Assembly: GCF_018350175.1 (NCBI RefSeq) | Contig: NC_058368.1 | Coordinates: forward strand, 27,344,001 to 27,408,000 | Length of the DNA stretch: 64,000 bases | Reading direction: 5' to 3' | From: Felis catus | Lineage: Eukaryota | Part shown: piece after piece, positions 12,151 to 25,176 of the stretch | Layout: each line of letters opens with the position of its first letter | How positions within the stretch are numbered: the stretch's first letter is position 1 | The notes under the pieces: model-generated | The model's input: the letters and a program-made list of their open reading frames with translations, nothing else | Databases searched by the model: none | Told to the model about the DNA's origin: nothing | Position numbers and translations under genes: made by a program

Positions 12151-14284
12151 TCCAGGAAATGGTTGTTTTTAACACAAATATCTTGAAGATGATAAAAGAA
12201 ACACGGATCCTTATTTCTCACGGACCCTGCCTCAGGAAGCCGGGTCCTAATCACAGCTCTACCAATAAAAGTATTACTTTACCCCACCTGATTAAATGAG
12301 AGGGTTAGAGTAGATCAAAAGTGCTTTTCAACGCCAACATAACACAATGTTTAGACCCAGTCAGAAGCGCCTTGAGACGTCGCCAAAGATGAACAGGCCC
12401 AAATTTAGGCACGTGGAAGGTATTTCTCTATTGATTCCTTGACGCTAGGCTTTGCCCCACTTGGACCCTGGTCCTGCTGCTTAGCCGGGCACCTGATTGC
12501 TCCTTGGTCTGCCCCTTTGCGGCAGGGAGAGCCCACAGCTAAGGCCTCCCCTCCAGCTTCCCTGCCTGGGGGCACAGGGGTCTCCCAGCTTTACCTCCAT
12601 CGCCCTAGGAAGGTTGCACATCAGTCCGGAGAGGATCTGGAAGGCTGCTTATTTGGAGGGGTGGGGGGTGTGGGGGCAGAAGGCTGCCCCTCCCGTGTGC
12701 AAGCTCCTGCAAGCCCGTGCCCAGCTGGAAGGCCTAATTTTAGGACCGTGTTCACATTTGAAGGCCAAGCTAATTTTAGGCTCAGCCTCATCAGGATCTC
12801 TTTTTAAGGCCTTAATGATGATGTGTCGGTGAAAGAGAGGGTACATTTTGGAACAGAAATATCTGAAAAGCGATGCTCTGGACACGGGCAGGAGAAAGTC
12901 CCTTGGCCAGTGGGGACTGCTAGCCAGTCTCAGGTGGTGCCACCCGCTCAGCTGTTATGTATATATCACCATGGCCTGCCGACTTGTTACGTCGCTATGG
13001 CCCAGCACCAAGATACACTCTGTTTTAGCATGAATTCTGCTCATCTATGACGGGATGTTTACGTGTGTCGTAGGTATTGTTACGTCTTCCCATTTTTAGA
13101 GAACACCATTTGAACCTAGGTGGGAGAAGGGCACAACAGGAATCAGATGTGAGATCTGTTTTGTGTTTGCAACTTCTCAAAGGTGTGAAGTGCCCTACGG
13201 GGGAGAAGTCAGCCTCTACAGGGATTTTCAGCTGAGCTCCAACCCAAATGCCAAGATAATCCATTGAAATCCACCGTAGAGATCTTGAACATCAGCGCAG
13301 GGCAGCCTGGCATTTCACAGTGGTGTCTCGTTTGCAAAGCCCCTTACACAGCAAAAGTGCTCACTTTGCTGTCTCCTCTGGCAGCCCCAACCGCTGTGAT
13401 CCTGCTGGGACCTGAATTTATGTTTTTAAAATCTGAGTGCCCCAAACTGAAGAGCAGCCTCAAAGCCAAGTCTTCCTTCATTTGAAGTTAGGCTAGCTGT
13501 CTGGTTTCAGTTCTCTTTGCGTTGATGTCTCAGATCGAGTGTCTGCACATCATCTGCTTGTAAGTTGGGTAGCTCACCGCAAATCCCCCAAAGATTTCCA
13601 GGCCCCTGTTTTTGGTCTAGCTCTGCGTTCTTGCGCGGGCTCCCGTGGCCTTCAAAGATCGCGTGGACAATTTGTGCAGTGCTGCGTGCCAGATGAGGTA
13701 GTGCAGGGCTGTAAGGAAGGCAGCAGCAAGGCCTCTTGATTGAAGGTAAAATATTCTCCCGCGTGCCCCAGAGGATAAGTGGAAATAAAACAGCATTGCA
13801 AAATTGCCTTGGTGATTGTGGCTTCTGCAGCTGCTGAGAGAGAATTGAGCAGCATTTTCTAGGGGAATGAAGCGGTAACATGTGAGTGAGGTGCTGCGGA
13901 ATTTACTTTGTGGATCTTTTTAAATATCACAGATATTCTTTATTTACTCCTGCTCCACCTTTTTCTAAAAAGAATTTAAGAGCACTTACGCAATGGAGTT
14001 ACCGTAAATCAAAAATAGAAAAAAAACAAAGCCATAAAATCGGGGAGCCGGGAGGGAGAACGCTACGTGCCAAATTTGTTGCGGAGCTTCCTGGAAGCCA
14101 GAGGGAAGAAGGAGTTACTGTAAGTGCCCTGGTTCTTGAGGTCATCCTCTTAGTAACAGTGGCTTGCAAGATGGGTAGGTGACCCTCTGAGACGCCTCCC
14201 AGGAGGGGGTTTATCCCCAAATCCCTGATAAGCTGAACTTGGCCGTGCTTCCTGATCGCTGGGGAGAAGGGTAACTGCTTCCCA

Positions 14285-14900
14285 CCTGCTACGGGCAGAG
14301 CGCCCTTGCTATGGGCAGAGAACGAGGCGAAAGCACCCGTATCGCGCCCTCGCTGAGGGCCTGGGCGACGCTTTGCCCTCATCGTGCTGGTGACCTTGTG
14401 ACGGGACCGGCCTTTCCGTTGCTTTCAGGTTACCGGATGCGATTAGGGTCTAGCACGGACAAGAAGGACTCGGGCCGCCTCCACGTGGACTTCGCCCAGG
14501 CCAGGGACGACTTCTACGAATGGGAATGCAAGCAGAGGATGCGCGCACGCGAGGAGCGGCACCGGCGCAAGCTGGAGGAGGACCGGCTGCGGCCGCCCTC
14601 GCCGCCCGCGATCATGCACTACTCGGAGCACGAGGCCGCCCTGCTGGCCGACAAGCTGAAAGGTAGGAGGCCGCCGACCTGGGCCTGCTCGGGCAGTAGC
14701 CCCTGCCCGCTGACTGACGGAGGAGCCCTGTGATCCCCAAGCACCCCCGGCGTCTCCGCCCCTACACCTGCTGATTTCCTGCAGGCGAGGTCACCCTTGA
14801 GGCTTCCCCCTGCCGCCTGGGACAGAGCCCTGCCTCTTCCCGCCTGTGGCCTCCGTGCAGGTGTGTGTTGTCACTCAGCACGACTCACGGAAGGAGGGGA
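14285..14900. promoter_or_regulatory. Intragenic CpG-rich island overlapping exon C
   Basis: Dense CpG (cgcgcacgcg, gccgccctcgccgcccgcg) and high GC extending into both flanking introns. Confidence 0.6.
14429..14662 (+). CDS. ENOX1: ENOX1 coding exon C (234 nt, phase 1-1): end of RRM and Arg/Glu-rich helix, GYRMRLGSSTDKKDSGRLHVDFAQARDD…HYSEHEAALLADKLK
   Basis: Acceptor gctttcag|GT at 14428/14429; donor AAAG|gtagga at 14662/14663; inside ORF 14311..14733. Confidence 0.96.
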
Positions 14901-15099
14901 GAGGAGTCGCACGCAGAAGGCCCAGAGGTGGCTCCTGCCTTCCCACCTGTGACGAATGAGCTAGGCTAGGGTCCCCTCCCGTGGTCGGGATCCCTGCCTT
15001 CAGAGATGGAGTTGAAGGGTCACTGCTAACACCTATGGAATAATTGGGGGCAGGGGGCACTAGTGTATGTCACTTCTTTAACATTTGCTGTGCTCCTCT

Positions 15100-15850
15100 C
15101 ACGTGTTTGATGCCGTGGGGGAATAAAGACAAATGGGGGCTTTAGTACCTGCCCCAGGGAACTACAGATGATTGGGGAGGGGCCGGAATTTTAAGTCAGG
15201 ACCACGTGTATGCGTGAATTCCCTTCCATCACCCATCAGAGTTGTATCATCTGAGCCGCATCTGCATTTTACAGGCAAGTGACAGTGACGGTCAGACCTT
15301 CCTCAGGCCGTTGGGCGTGTCGGGTTTTAAGGAGAGAAGGCAGGTTGCAGTCGCTGGCCGCATGTAGGTGTCTCAAGTAAGCGATTAACTCAAGTCCAAA
15401 GCCAATGGCATGATTGCCAACCGATGTATGAGCAACGTGCTTTGGGAACACAGGGGCGAGTGTCAAGGAAGGTATATCAAGAAAATCGTCACAGAGGAGA
15501 ACTGCGCGGGAGAAACAAGGGTCCCCCCCTGCCCCCCAGGAGAAAAAGGGCCTAAATACATCCTGGTCAGAGGCTGGAGCCCCAGGAGAAAAGACACAAG
15601 GAAGCAGAGAGGAATTTGGCCCAGGAGGAGAAAGGCACGTCACCTGTCCCAGGGTACACGAGAGCTGCATGGCAGTTTCTAGAGCGAGGTGAAGTGGGAA
15701 GAGCAGTTGGGGGCCAGCGGGCAGAGCCCTGAAGGCTGCCGCTGGATTTGGGTTTTGTTCCTTAAGCAGCGGAGAGGCCATTAAAGATTTCTCATGGGAA
15801 GAGAGATGTGATTGATCGCTTGGAGTGTTTTAGAGCATAGCTAGTATATT
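15100..15850 (-). mobile_element. L2 LINE fragment (degenerate)
   Basis: ggatttgggttttgttccttaagcagcggagaggccattaaagattt…gtgattgatcgcttggagtgttttag resembles reverse-strand L2. Confidence 0.55.
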
Positions 15851-15970
15851 GCTGGGAATGTGTAAAGTGGATTGGATGTTTTCATTAAATGAAATGTATG
15901 AAAGCTGCCCCAAACCTATTTTAGGAGGATAGGAGGTTGACATTCTATATTTCTTTAAAAGAGAATTCTT

Positions 15971-16170
15971 TTATTTCTTCTAAACTTTATTTATTTTGAG
16001 AGAAAGACAGTGAGTGGGGGAGGAACAAAGAGAGAGAGAGAGAATCCCAAGCAGGCTCTGCACTGCAGCACAGAGCCCAACGTGGGGCTCGAACTCACGA
16101 ACTGTGAGATCATGACCCGAGCCCAAATCAAGAGCCAGACGCTTAACCGACTGAGTCACCCAGGCACCCC
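15971..16170 (-). mobile_element. CAN-SINE
   Basis: Reverse-complement SINE ending caggcacccc; TSD gagaattctt/gagaattgtt. Confidence 0.92.
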
Positions 16171-18730
16171 GAGAATTGTTTTGAAACGGACTTCTGCTTC
16201 TAGCCGTTTTCCACCCGGTCCGGCCTTGAGAACCCCTAATCAGCTGCAATTGTGACTGAAATGCCCCACTGTGACTACCAGGCCAGTCTTGCTTGTTGTG
16301 CTGCTCTGAAAGGGCCTGTCTTACAGACGTAAACACATAGGCCATTGTCCCTTCAACAAAAAGCATACACAGTGCAAATACAGGCATCATCTCCTCTTTC
16401 CATTCAGGCTACAAATCACAGGGAGTGGCCAGGAGGAGAAAGAACAACATCCTCAGCCGGGAATGTGGATTTGGGAACAAATTGGGTTTTTTTCTTTAAT
16501 ATCCTGTACATTGTGTATTATCGGCCTACGCGCTACACCTAGACGTGACAAAAACTAGCACCTTGGTTCTGTGACCTCTTGGAGGAGTTTCACAGAAGTC
16601 TGGCATCCCCCTGTTCTTTTTAAGAAACCCGCACGGAAATGTCTGTGCATGTAAGAGGAACGTGGCATTGCCTTCCCTGCTGGAGGATCACAGATTGGGA
16701 TGTCAATTTGGTGAAGTAATTTGCAAGCTTTGCCATTTCAAAAATATATATTTATATAGATGAGTATAATTTGCAGAATTTCGAAGCTGCACCTTTGCCA
16801 AGTACTGTGTGATCCCTTGAGAGAACAGATTGGAAAATTTAATAGATGGCAGTTACAGTAGAATGAACTAGCTGGGGATACATCTCAGGCAACAGTCAGG
16901 TAATATCAAGCTTGACAATTTCAACCCAAGCACAGAGTTTGGAATATAAACAGCATTTAATTGCCTAGGAAATTGGCTGCCTCGGAGAGGAAATCCACTC
17001 CATGCTCCTTATAACGCTGCAAAGCCAGACAGGAGGAGCCAAGGAAACTGCTGCCCTGAAGATGATTTCATTGATGTAGGGATAAAAAAAAAAAAAAAAA
17101 TGCAGTCAAAACCCAAGGTAAAGAAGCCTGGATAAAAAAGAAAATGGAAATGCAATCTGAAAATACCTAATTGGATTTGATTTTTTTTTCCCCTCCACTG
17201 AGAAATCATACTCTCTCAGGTTTATTCCATTTTCCCCCATTTTACATTGTACTTGTTTATTCTTGCAGTTTCCTTTTGGAAAATCAGCTTTATCTAGCAA
17301 CATCTGTACAAGCCAACCCTATGTATGACCCACAAGGCCCTCCACTGCATCCTGCCTAGGGTTAAAACAATGCACATAGTAAATGCTTAATTCCTTTCTC
17401 TCTCCCTCAGCTATTTGGATCTCTTGAGTATGTTGCATTTCTGGGCAGTGGTGCCACCGGGCGTGATCGGAAATGTGCAGGCAGCCATCATCCCACTTGT
17501 GGGGCTCTTTACCATATATCTGGGACCTTGCTAAGCACCGCAGGGAAGACAACAGCATGCAAGCCTCTACTTCACAGCGTTTAGGCTTCTGGGATGATAG
17601 AGGCAATTACAAAGCACCGTATACTTCCCACTGTCGTGTGTGAGAAGTGCCCCGTGCCTTCCCAGGAGTGACTCGGGACCCAACTGGACAGTGACAGGGC
17701 GAGGGGGCAGACCTTCTGAAACCAGCTAACCCCAGATTCTGTGGCCACGGGGCCTTCTTGAAGGCGGAGGAAACTTCGAGTTGTAATTGTGTAGTGTCTA
17801 AGGCAGCGTCTGTTGCGTTAATACAAATTCTAAAAAAGAAAATTAGCGGGCACCCTGCTGATTAAATAGACATTGTTCTGAGACAATTCAACTTAATGAA
17901 GACTGACTGGGAAGTAACTGCTCACAGACCCAAAGTTTATAGCATGGCTTTGAGAAAGTGAGCAGGAGCTCAATAACACCATAATTACACTTTATTGGAA
18001 ACAGTAGCACCAGGCAGATGAGATAATGAATTTCAGTGTGTCTAACACAGACCATCCACCCCTGGAGGAACCCTGTGTTTGGATGGGGGAAGGAAGAGAT
18101 TGATTAGACGGTGAGAAAGATGATATCCTCATTCACTGGAGATTTCTCCTGGCAAGAGCATTTAAAAGTTTTTGTGTACTTTTCCCCCCTTTGGAAAGCT
18201 TCGCATAATCTTTCATTATGCGATGAAATGAAGAGTTTCTCTGTGCCATCAGGTGGAGTTTTGACAAAGCTTTGAAGCAGTGCCCTTGGGATCCCCTGAT
18301 GTGTCCTCAGGAATTCAGTTCTCCTGGGATCCGCATTCATAATTTCCGGAGGGCTAGGCTCTGATTTGCATACAGAATGGCCCAGTGTCAGCCTGCCAGA
18401 GGGACAGGGGGAGGGAGGGCTGCCGGCATTTTGCTGCGGCGGTTGTCAATATTTATGGTTCCAAGAAAGTAAAAATCAATAATGCTCTAAGCCAAGTGGA
18501 AGTTCCATTAGCTAAAAGCCAGGCTTCCGTCTTAGGGCAAGGGAAATAAGCACAGGAGGCTGTTGGAGAATCACTTCCGTGGGCGTCACTGACCTTCACA
18601 GAGGCAAGACAGGCCGTTTCACCTAGAAACGTTTTGCATGACCCCAAAGCAGGAATAATCAGTGCATTTTCATATTGCCACCCCCTCCCTTAATTTTTTT
18701 CATTTTTACAGGTACTGAGTAATTGGGGGA

Positions 18731-18734
<4 letters not shown>

Positions 18735-18771
<37 letters not shown>
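18735..18771. repeat. (TG)n microsatellite
   Basis: Direct reading. Confidence 0.95.
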
Positions 18772-18774
<3 letters not shown>

Positions 18775-19047
18775 AAGGGAGAGGAGTGCATTAACCATTT
18801 GTCTCGCCTCTCCTGCTATCTGTGATTTGGGGGATAGATAAGGTAACACCCCTTTTAATGGTTAATTGAGTAGCCAGAAGAATGGAGACTTGCTTAGAGA
18901 TGTCCAGGCTTGAGGGACGTTTTAGGACTATTGTAGTAGGAGTGCTTGGGCCATCCTGGAATCCCCATTCTGCTTGGATCACTATGTGACTCCACACTGT
19001 GAGCTATTTCCAGCTATCATAAACGCCAGAAATCAGTGACAGCATTC

Positions 19048-19049
<2 letters not shown>

Positions 19050-19095
<46 letters not shown>

Positions 19096-19100
19096 TGTGT
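19050..19100. repeat. (TG)n microsatellite
   Basis: Direct reading. Confidence 0.95.
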
Positions 19101-20736
19101 CTATATCCCCATTTTTGGAGGAAAAAAATGTGTTGTAGTACATCTTCCTTTTATCTCATTCTTGGGATGTGTTATTCAAACACTGATCTCCTCTCCTGTT
19201 ATTCCTTTATAGACCCAGCCATAAATAAGGGTACTACAGCCCGCCTAAGTTTTCATATTCAGTGCTCATGGCCTGGCTCTCATCCTCCCTATTGTTCTGA
19301 AAATCAAGGCCAGATCTCCCTCTGCACACAAAGGGGGAAAAAAAAACCTGCTTACCAGTTTGAGGCCTTTTCCCCCTTGATTATCGGTTTGTCACTTTGA
19401 TTGAAGTTCACCACGTTCCCACCTGCTGAGTCCTGGGCTCTGTGTCCTTGTCCTAGAGTTACACATGCAACTATAGCACGGACCTGGCCTTTGAGGAGCT
19501 ACAGTTCAAAGGTGGCTAAAGCATGCTCTGGCAGTGGAACCATAACTTACAAATATAAAATTGACACGTGCCTATGATTTTGTTTGACTCATTCATTAAT
19601 GAGAGAATCAGTAAGGCGTTAAAACTGGTTCAAAAGAAAATGTGCTTTATAATGATTGGTATTTTCTACTGGACGATAGTTCATCTGTGTTGTTATGGAG
19701 AATTATTTGCATTGTTATCAGCTCTCCACAATCTATGTTCTGTCCCTAAAGGCTTGTAAGATAGCCTAGTCAAAGGCAATTAAAGATTCATTCCCCTATA
19801 GAATCAGATAATTCCGGGGGCTGGGGGGCGATGGAGAGGGTCTTCTGGGCCATGCCCAGGATTCCGCTACAAAGATCTGCAGTAGTCTCTATGCCCATTT
19901 CCAAGTCTTTGACATTTTTTTCACAGTTTCTTTTCTGGGACAGGGATGACGGATGTTTAAGCACCTGTTCTTTAAATGGGGGCAGGGAGGTTAGGGACAG
20001 GGATTCACAGAGCTCAGAAGAATCACATCAAACCCTTTCAGTAACCTCCACTATCTCAAGTGCCACTTTCCATGTCAAGGTCTCATGATCTTTTAACATA
20101 GATGAGCTCCCAGCCAGTTTCCCTGGTTTTCATTGACTGATTTCTTCCAGTGCTTCCAAAACTTTAATGTGCATTTTAATCGCTTAGAGTAGGAGATTCT
20201 GAATCAGGAAGCCTGAGTCAGGGTGAGTCTGCATTTTCAAGGAGCTCCCAAATGAGGCTCAAGCTTAGTCTTTGAATGGCGAAGATTTATCCCATATGCA
20301 GTTTTTGAAGTGCCTCCTATGTCACAGGTGCTCAATAAACATGGAAGAGAGGGACAGAGAAGGAGGTTGATGAAGTCTGAAGGAGCCAGAAAACAAAATG
20401 AGATGGGTATGGGATTCAGGTAGTGACAGTAAAGGGATAATAGTCATTACAATATTATTTATTCCTCACAAAACTAAAAACAATCATTATCTTCCCAGAA
20501 TTAAAAATGCTTTCAAAAAGATTTTTGAGTCATTTGATAAGCTGGTTAGCGCCTTTCTGCAGAAGGCTCTGCTTCTCTGTGATTATCTGACATCATTCTT
20601 AACTTTCATTGCCAGTGGCGATGACCTCAGAGGCCTGAAGGATAAAAGGACCAGCTAGCCTAAGTGCCAGAGAACATTTATCTCTGGGAGACAATGTGAA
20701 AACACTCTTTAACATGAAATTAAAATGTTTATTACT

Positions 20737-20850
20737 GGGGCGCCTGGGTGGCTCAGTCAGTTAAGCGTGTGGCTTAGGCTCAGGTCATGATCTCACAGTT
20801 TCAGATTTCAAGCCCCGCATCTGACTCTGCAATGACAGTGCTCGCTCTCG

Positions 20851-20885
<35 letters not shown>

Positions 20886-20908
20886 AAAATAAATAAGCTT
20901 TAAAAAAA
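20737..20908 (+). mobile_element. CAN-SINE with internal deletion before the (CT)n tract
   Basis: ggggcgcctgggtggctcag head; TSD aaaatgtttattact/aaaatgttgattact. Confidence 0.9.
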
Positions 20909-22148
20909 TGTTGATTACTAACTGATGTTTCCGAACTTCTGACCATTGAATTTGTGGCTCTCTAGCGAGAATCACTGCAAGTCTATTAGAAATAGTGTAA
21001 CCAAATATAGATAAATTGCCAAGCGAAAAACTCAGAGTGACTAGAAGATTGCAGTATGTTTTAGACGTTTCATTCTCACGTTAGCCCTTCAAAACTGGAG
21101 GCAGATCCATAAGCCAACCATTGACTATACAGAGTGACTGATGTTTTAGTAGAAGGATGTGGAGGGAATTGTGAAAACGTAGCACGTACCACATGGACGC
21201 CCCAATTCCTGGTAGGTTTACAGAAAAGCTGTTTTGATGAAAGACACTGAGGCTGAATCTTGAGGGAAACGTAACAGTTATCCAGGTGTCCAGAAACGTG
21301 AAGGCTCCTGGAATGAGCACACAGAGCATGGGAAGGCAGGGAGGCGTGGCCATGGTGCTCCCCAAAGAGGAGAATGGTAAGGGAACGGGGGATGAAGGGG
21401 AAAATGCAAATCAAGAAAAGCCATGGAGCAGACATGTGCGGTAACCCAGGTGGGACGTGGTAAGGACCCTGGTTAGAAAACACTGCACGATTTTTAAGGA
21501 GCCAATGGTCCATATTCGCCCGTTAATACGGCAGTTTTCCCAGCTCTTGCTGTGGAAAAAGGCACGTCTGCCCATTCTAGTTTCTAAACTGCACCCGTGT
21601 TCAGAGTTATGCCTGAGCATGTTCACAGGAAGTATTTGGAATTTTTGTAAATGCATCTTTGATGTGATTTTTATGAGCAGTGTTAATTTCTTTTCACATG
21701 AATAGCTTTAATAATGCTGCCATCTAAATCCTGTTTAAATTAGTTTATATTGTTTTCTGTTTTCTCAGTGATCTTTCCACTGAATCCAAAATTGAACTTA
21801 CAGTTGGGTATTGAAAATGACCGCTCCCAATACACTTCTGTAGCCATTCAGAGTGCGTTGCTGAGTTAGTCTTAATTAATATAAAGTCACTTCTTACGTA
21901 GCAACAGATACTGACCGAACTTACCGATTGTGCCTTAACTAATGTTTTCACATTTAATTTGCATGTCAGTACATCAATTATATATTGGCCTGGAAGTTTC
22001 AGAAAGTTCAGAAATGAGGATGAAATTGGGAGTCCTCGAAACTACATACATCTTTTAAGCTAAACTAATGGAATTTTGCGTGCTATTGACTTGTGCTACA
22101 TATTTTTTAACACTTGTTAAAATGTGAGCAAATCTCTTCCCTGCTTAC

Positions 22149-22369
22149 TTTTTTTAAATTTTTTTTAATGTTTATTTATTTTTGAGACAGAGAGAGACAG
22201 AGCATGAATGGGGGAGGGGCAGAGAGAGAGGGAGACACAGAATCGGAAGCAGGCTCCAGGCTCTGAGCCATCAGCCCAGAGCCTGATGCGGGGCTCGAAC
22301 TCACGAACCGTGAGATCGTGACCTGAGCTGAAGTCGGACGCTCAACCGACTGAGCCACCCAGGTGCCCC
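22149..22369 (-). mobile_element. CAN-SINE (young felid type)
   Basis: Reverse-complement SINE; TSD ccctgcttacttttt on both sides. Confidence 0.95.
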
Positions 22370-24963
22370 CCCTGCTTACTTTTTAAATTGTATATTTTCA
22401 ATTGCCCAGTCCTAAAACTGCTGTTTCTCTTTCTGAAAACTATCAATTAACTCTGATCTGCTGGTGAACTTATGCCCTCCGTCCTAGACAGGAAGAAAAA
22501 TAAAGTTTGGTTTTCAGGCCATTTGAGCAAGCACACATTTTTAAATTTTAAGTGTGTTCTCCCTGACAGTAAATTAGTGTATTTATGAACTGAGTTACCA
22601 CAAGCAAGAGAAGGAAGAACAACCAGTAACAGGAGGGAAAGACAGATGGAACGGGGATGTTCTATCTCCTTGTAAGGTTGACAACAAAATCTTAGAGGGT
22701 TTTTTTTTCCCCTCTGTGTTATATACAGATAAAAGTCCCAGGAAAGGCGAAAAATGGTACATGAAGTCAGTGTTTTCTTTTTTGTTGTTATTTTTTAAGA
22801 GGGGAGGAAAAAAAGACTTCTTAAAAGTGTTAGGTTTATTCATGCTGTCTTTTGGGAGGTCCATTCTCCTAACATCTATTGGCGGGGAGAGAGGTAGCGA
22901 GTATGCGCGGGAGGCAAAATTTATTCTGACTGTAACGGTCACAGTGGGCCTCTCACAAACATAATGCTAAATTATGGGCCTCTCCATGGGCTGAACGTAA
23001 TGTTAAGTTGTATGATGGATTTTATCTTACACAAGCCGCTCCGGTCCATGAAATGAGATAAGAAACCACTGCAGCTGGAGTTCACCGAGGGTTGAGCTCA
23101 GCCTGAAATTCCGGAGTTAACAAAATTGGATGAGCCAGCTGTGAGACTGCACGCGTGTGTTCTGTGCCTGTGCGTGGAGATTTTCGAGGAAGGGCGTCTT
23201 TCCCTCGCAGGGTGCCCAGTGGGCCAGTTCTCTCCTCTGGCCCAAGTGTGAGGGCAGAGGGGGGCAGGTTTGCCCTGAAAAAAGGCTTTGATCCCCAACC
23301 CCAGACTGCCTCCGCCTCAGGGGGAGAGGGCCTCGGTGGGTGCTGATGGGTAGCGTGTGTCCGATCGCTACTTCCACCATGGAAAAAGAGCACGCTCCAC
23401 GCACCCTGGGTCAGGCTGACCCTGCCTTTGTTCCGGGTGCGTACCTCTGGGCAAGCAACAGCCACAGCAAGGAAGTTGTGCCCCCGTCTGGGAGAGGGAC
23501 TCTGGCAGAAAAGGTACTAATGGTGTTTCTACGGCGCACTATGAAATTCACAAATCACCCCCACGAACGAAGGCTTTGTATGCTGTCTAACATGCCAACA
23601 GCAGTGGTTGATTAAAGAACATCTGGTGAATGAGATAAAATAGAACTCCTTTACCAAACATGAATCACGCTCCGTCCAGTCATCTGGGGGGTATATATGT
23701 ATATGTGTTTGTATGCATATATACACAATATATAACATAGGAAATAAATGCACACACAAACACACACACACAACGCATAAGGAGGTTTTTGATGTTCCTC
23801 CAGGAGAGGGAACATAATAGGCACTCAGTATTTACCAAATAAATTCGTAAGAATCTGAATCGCCCAGTGTAATTTTGCTCCCAATTTTTAGAATTCAGAG
23901 TCTACCTCGTTTTCTGGAAAAATGTAGGATATTTTCCTTAAGTCACATGTTCCAAGGGTAGAAAAATTCAGGTGCAAGACTTCTCCCCTCCAGTTTGCCT
24001 GGGAAGTACGCAGTGAGCCTTCAGCAGTAGGATCGATTAATGTTGTGATAATTGACATACAGCTTCCAGTTCTAATTAACTTAATTACCTTCAGACTTGC
24101 TTTTTTTTTCTACTTCTAAGCCATACAACACAGGTCTGTTCCAGTAACCATTCCCAAACAGGCAAGTTTACTTGTTTTCTTTCAGATAAACTTTATCATT
24201 TATTTACAGGTGGAACCTCATTGCCCACTCCGTGCACCCCACCCCCTCCACAACACACACATACCTCGAACCAAGTTCACGTGGACTCTAGTAGGCTTCC
24301 AGATGGCTTCCACAGAGAACACTGACCACTCAGGGAACAAGCCCTCTTTTGTTGAAAACAAGGAAATGTTTTGCTTTTCAGCTGAATCGAGGCTGTTCTA
24401 TTAAATGTAAAGCGAAACTAGTTTTGAACTGGAGCAGAAAAAGAACTAATTCCTACAACCACTTTGGGAACAATATCTTCCGTTACATCCGGTTTTAAAA
24501 TAGTCTAATCTGTCATCCGTATTTTGCCACTAACTCAGCTGAATCTAAGTCATACAACTAGTTTCACTGTATAATAGATCTGATAAGAGAATCTTGAAAA
24601 ATGCAGTAGGGCCCCAACAGGTTAATGACAGTTTTCTGAGCCACTCTTGAGAAAGAGAAATCAGGATTTGGTGCGCCATGTTACCAAGAATGCCCAGAAC
24701 AGATCTAAAGCTAAGCTCACCGGGTTGGTAGATGAGAGAGTGAGCTACCAAGTATTTCTTGGATGGCTCTGTGACACCATAGAGTCAGATGTGAAAGGGA
24801 AGGCTAAGAAACGCTAGCACGGTTAGCCTTAGGGAAGCTAATTTGTCAAGTTCCAAAGATGTATCCGTTAAGATGGTCCATGTTCTGTCTTTTGAGAAGA
24901 ACCCGGGTAAAGTACGTGTCCTTGCCTTGGCATGATTTGTACTTGGTGGTTTTCCATTTCCAG

Positions 24964-25176
24964 ATGATAGCAAGTTTTCAGAGGCTATCACAGTGCTACT
25001 CTCCTGGATTGAGCGAGGGGAAGTTAATCGGCGTTCTGCCAACCAGTTCTATTCCATGGTGCAGTCAGCCAATAGCCACGTCCGCCGGCTGATGAACGAA
25101 AAAGCCACCCATGAGCAGGAGATGGAAGAAGCCAAGGAGAATTTTAAAAATGCCTTAACTGGAATCCTCACCCAAT
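24964..25176 (+). CDS. ENOX1: ENOX1 coding exon D (213 nt, phase 1-1): DDSKFSEAITVLLSWIERGEVNRRSANQFYSMVQSANSHVRRLMNEKATHEQEMEEAKENFKNALTGILTQ
   Basis: Acceptor catttccag|AT at 24963/24964; donor CAAT|gtaagt at 25176/25177. Confidence 0.96.

Noticed and set aside
14443..14631. Antisense ORF over exon C
   Set aside because: Expected shadow of the very high GC3 of the sense exon
22176..22358. Recurring 'WVAQSVKRPTSAQV…SLSAPPP' peptide in many ORFs, resembling a gene family
   Set aside because: Conceptual translation of CAN-SINE copies, not protein-coding genes
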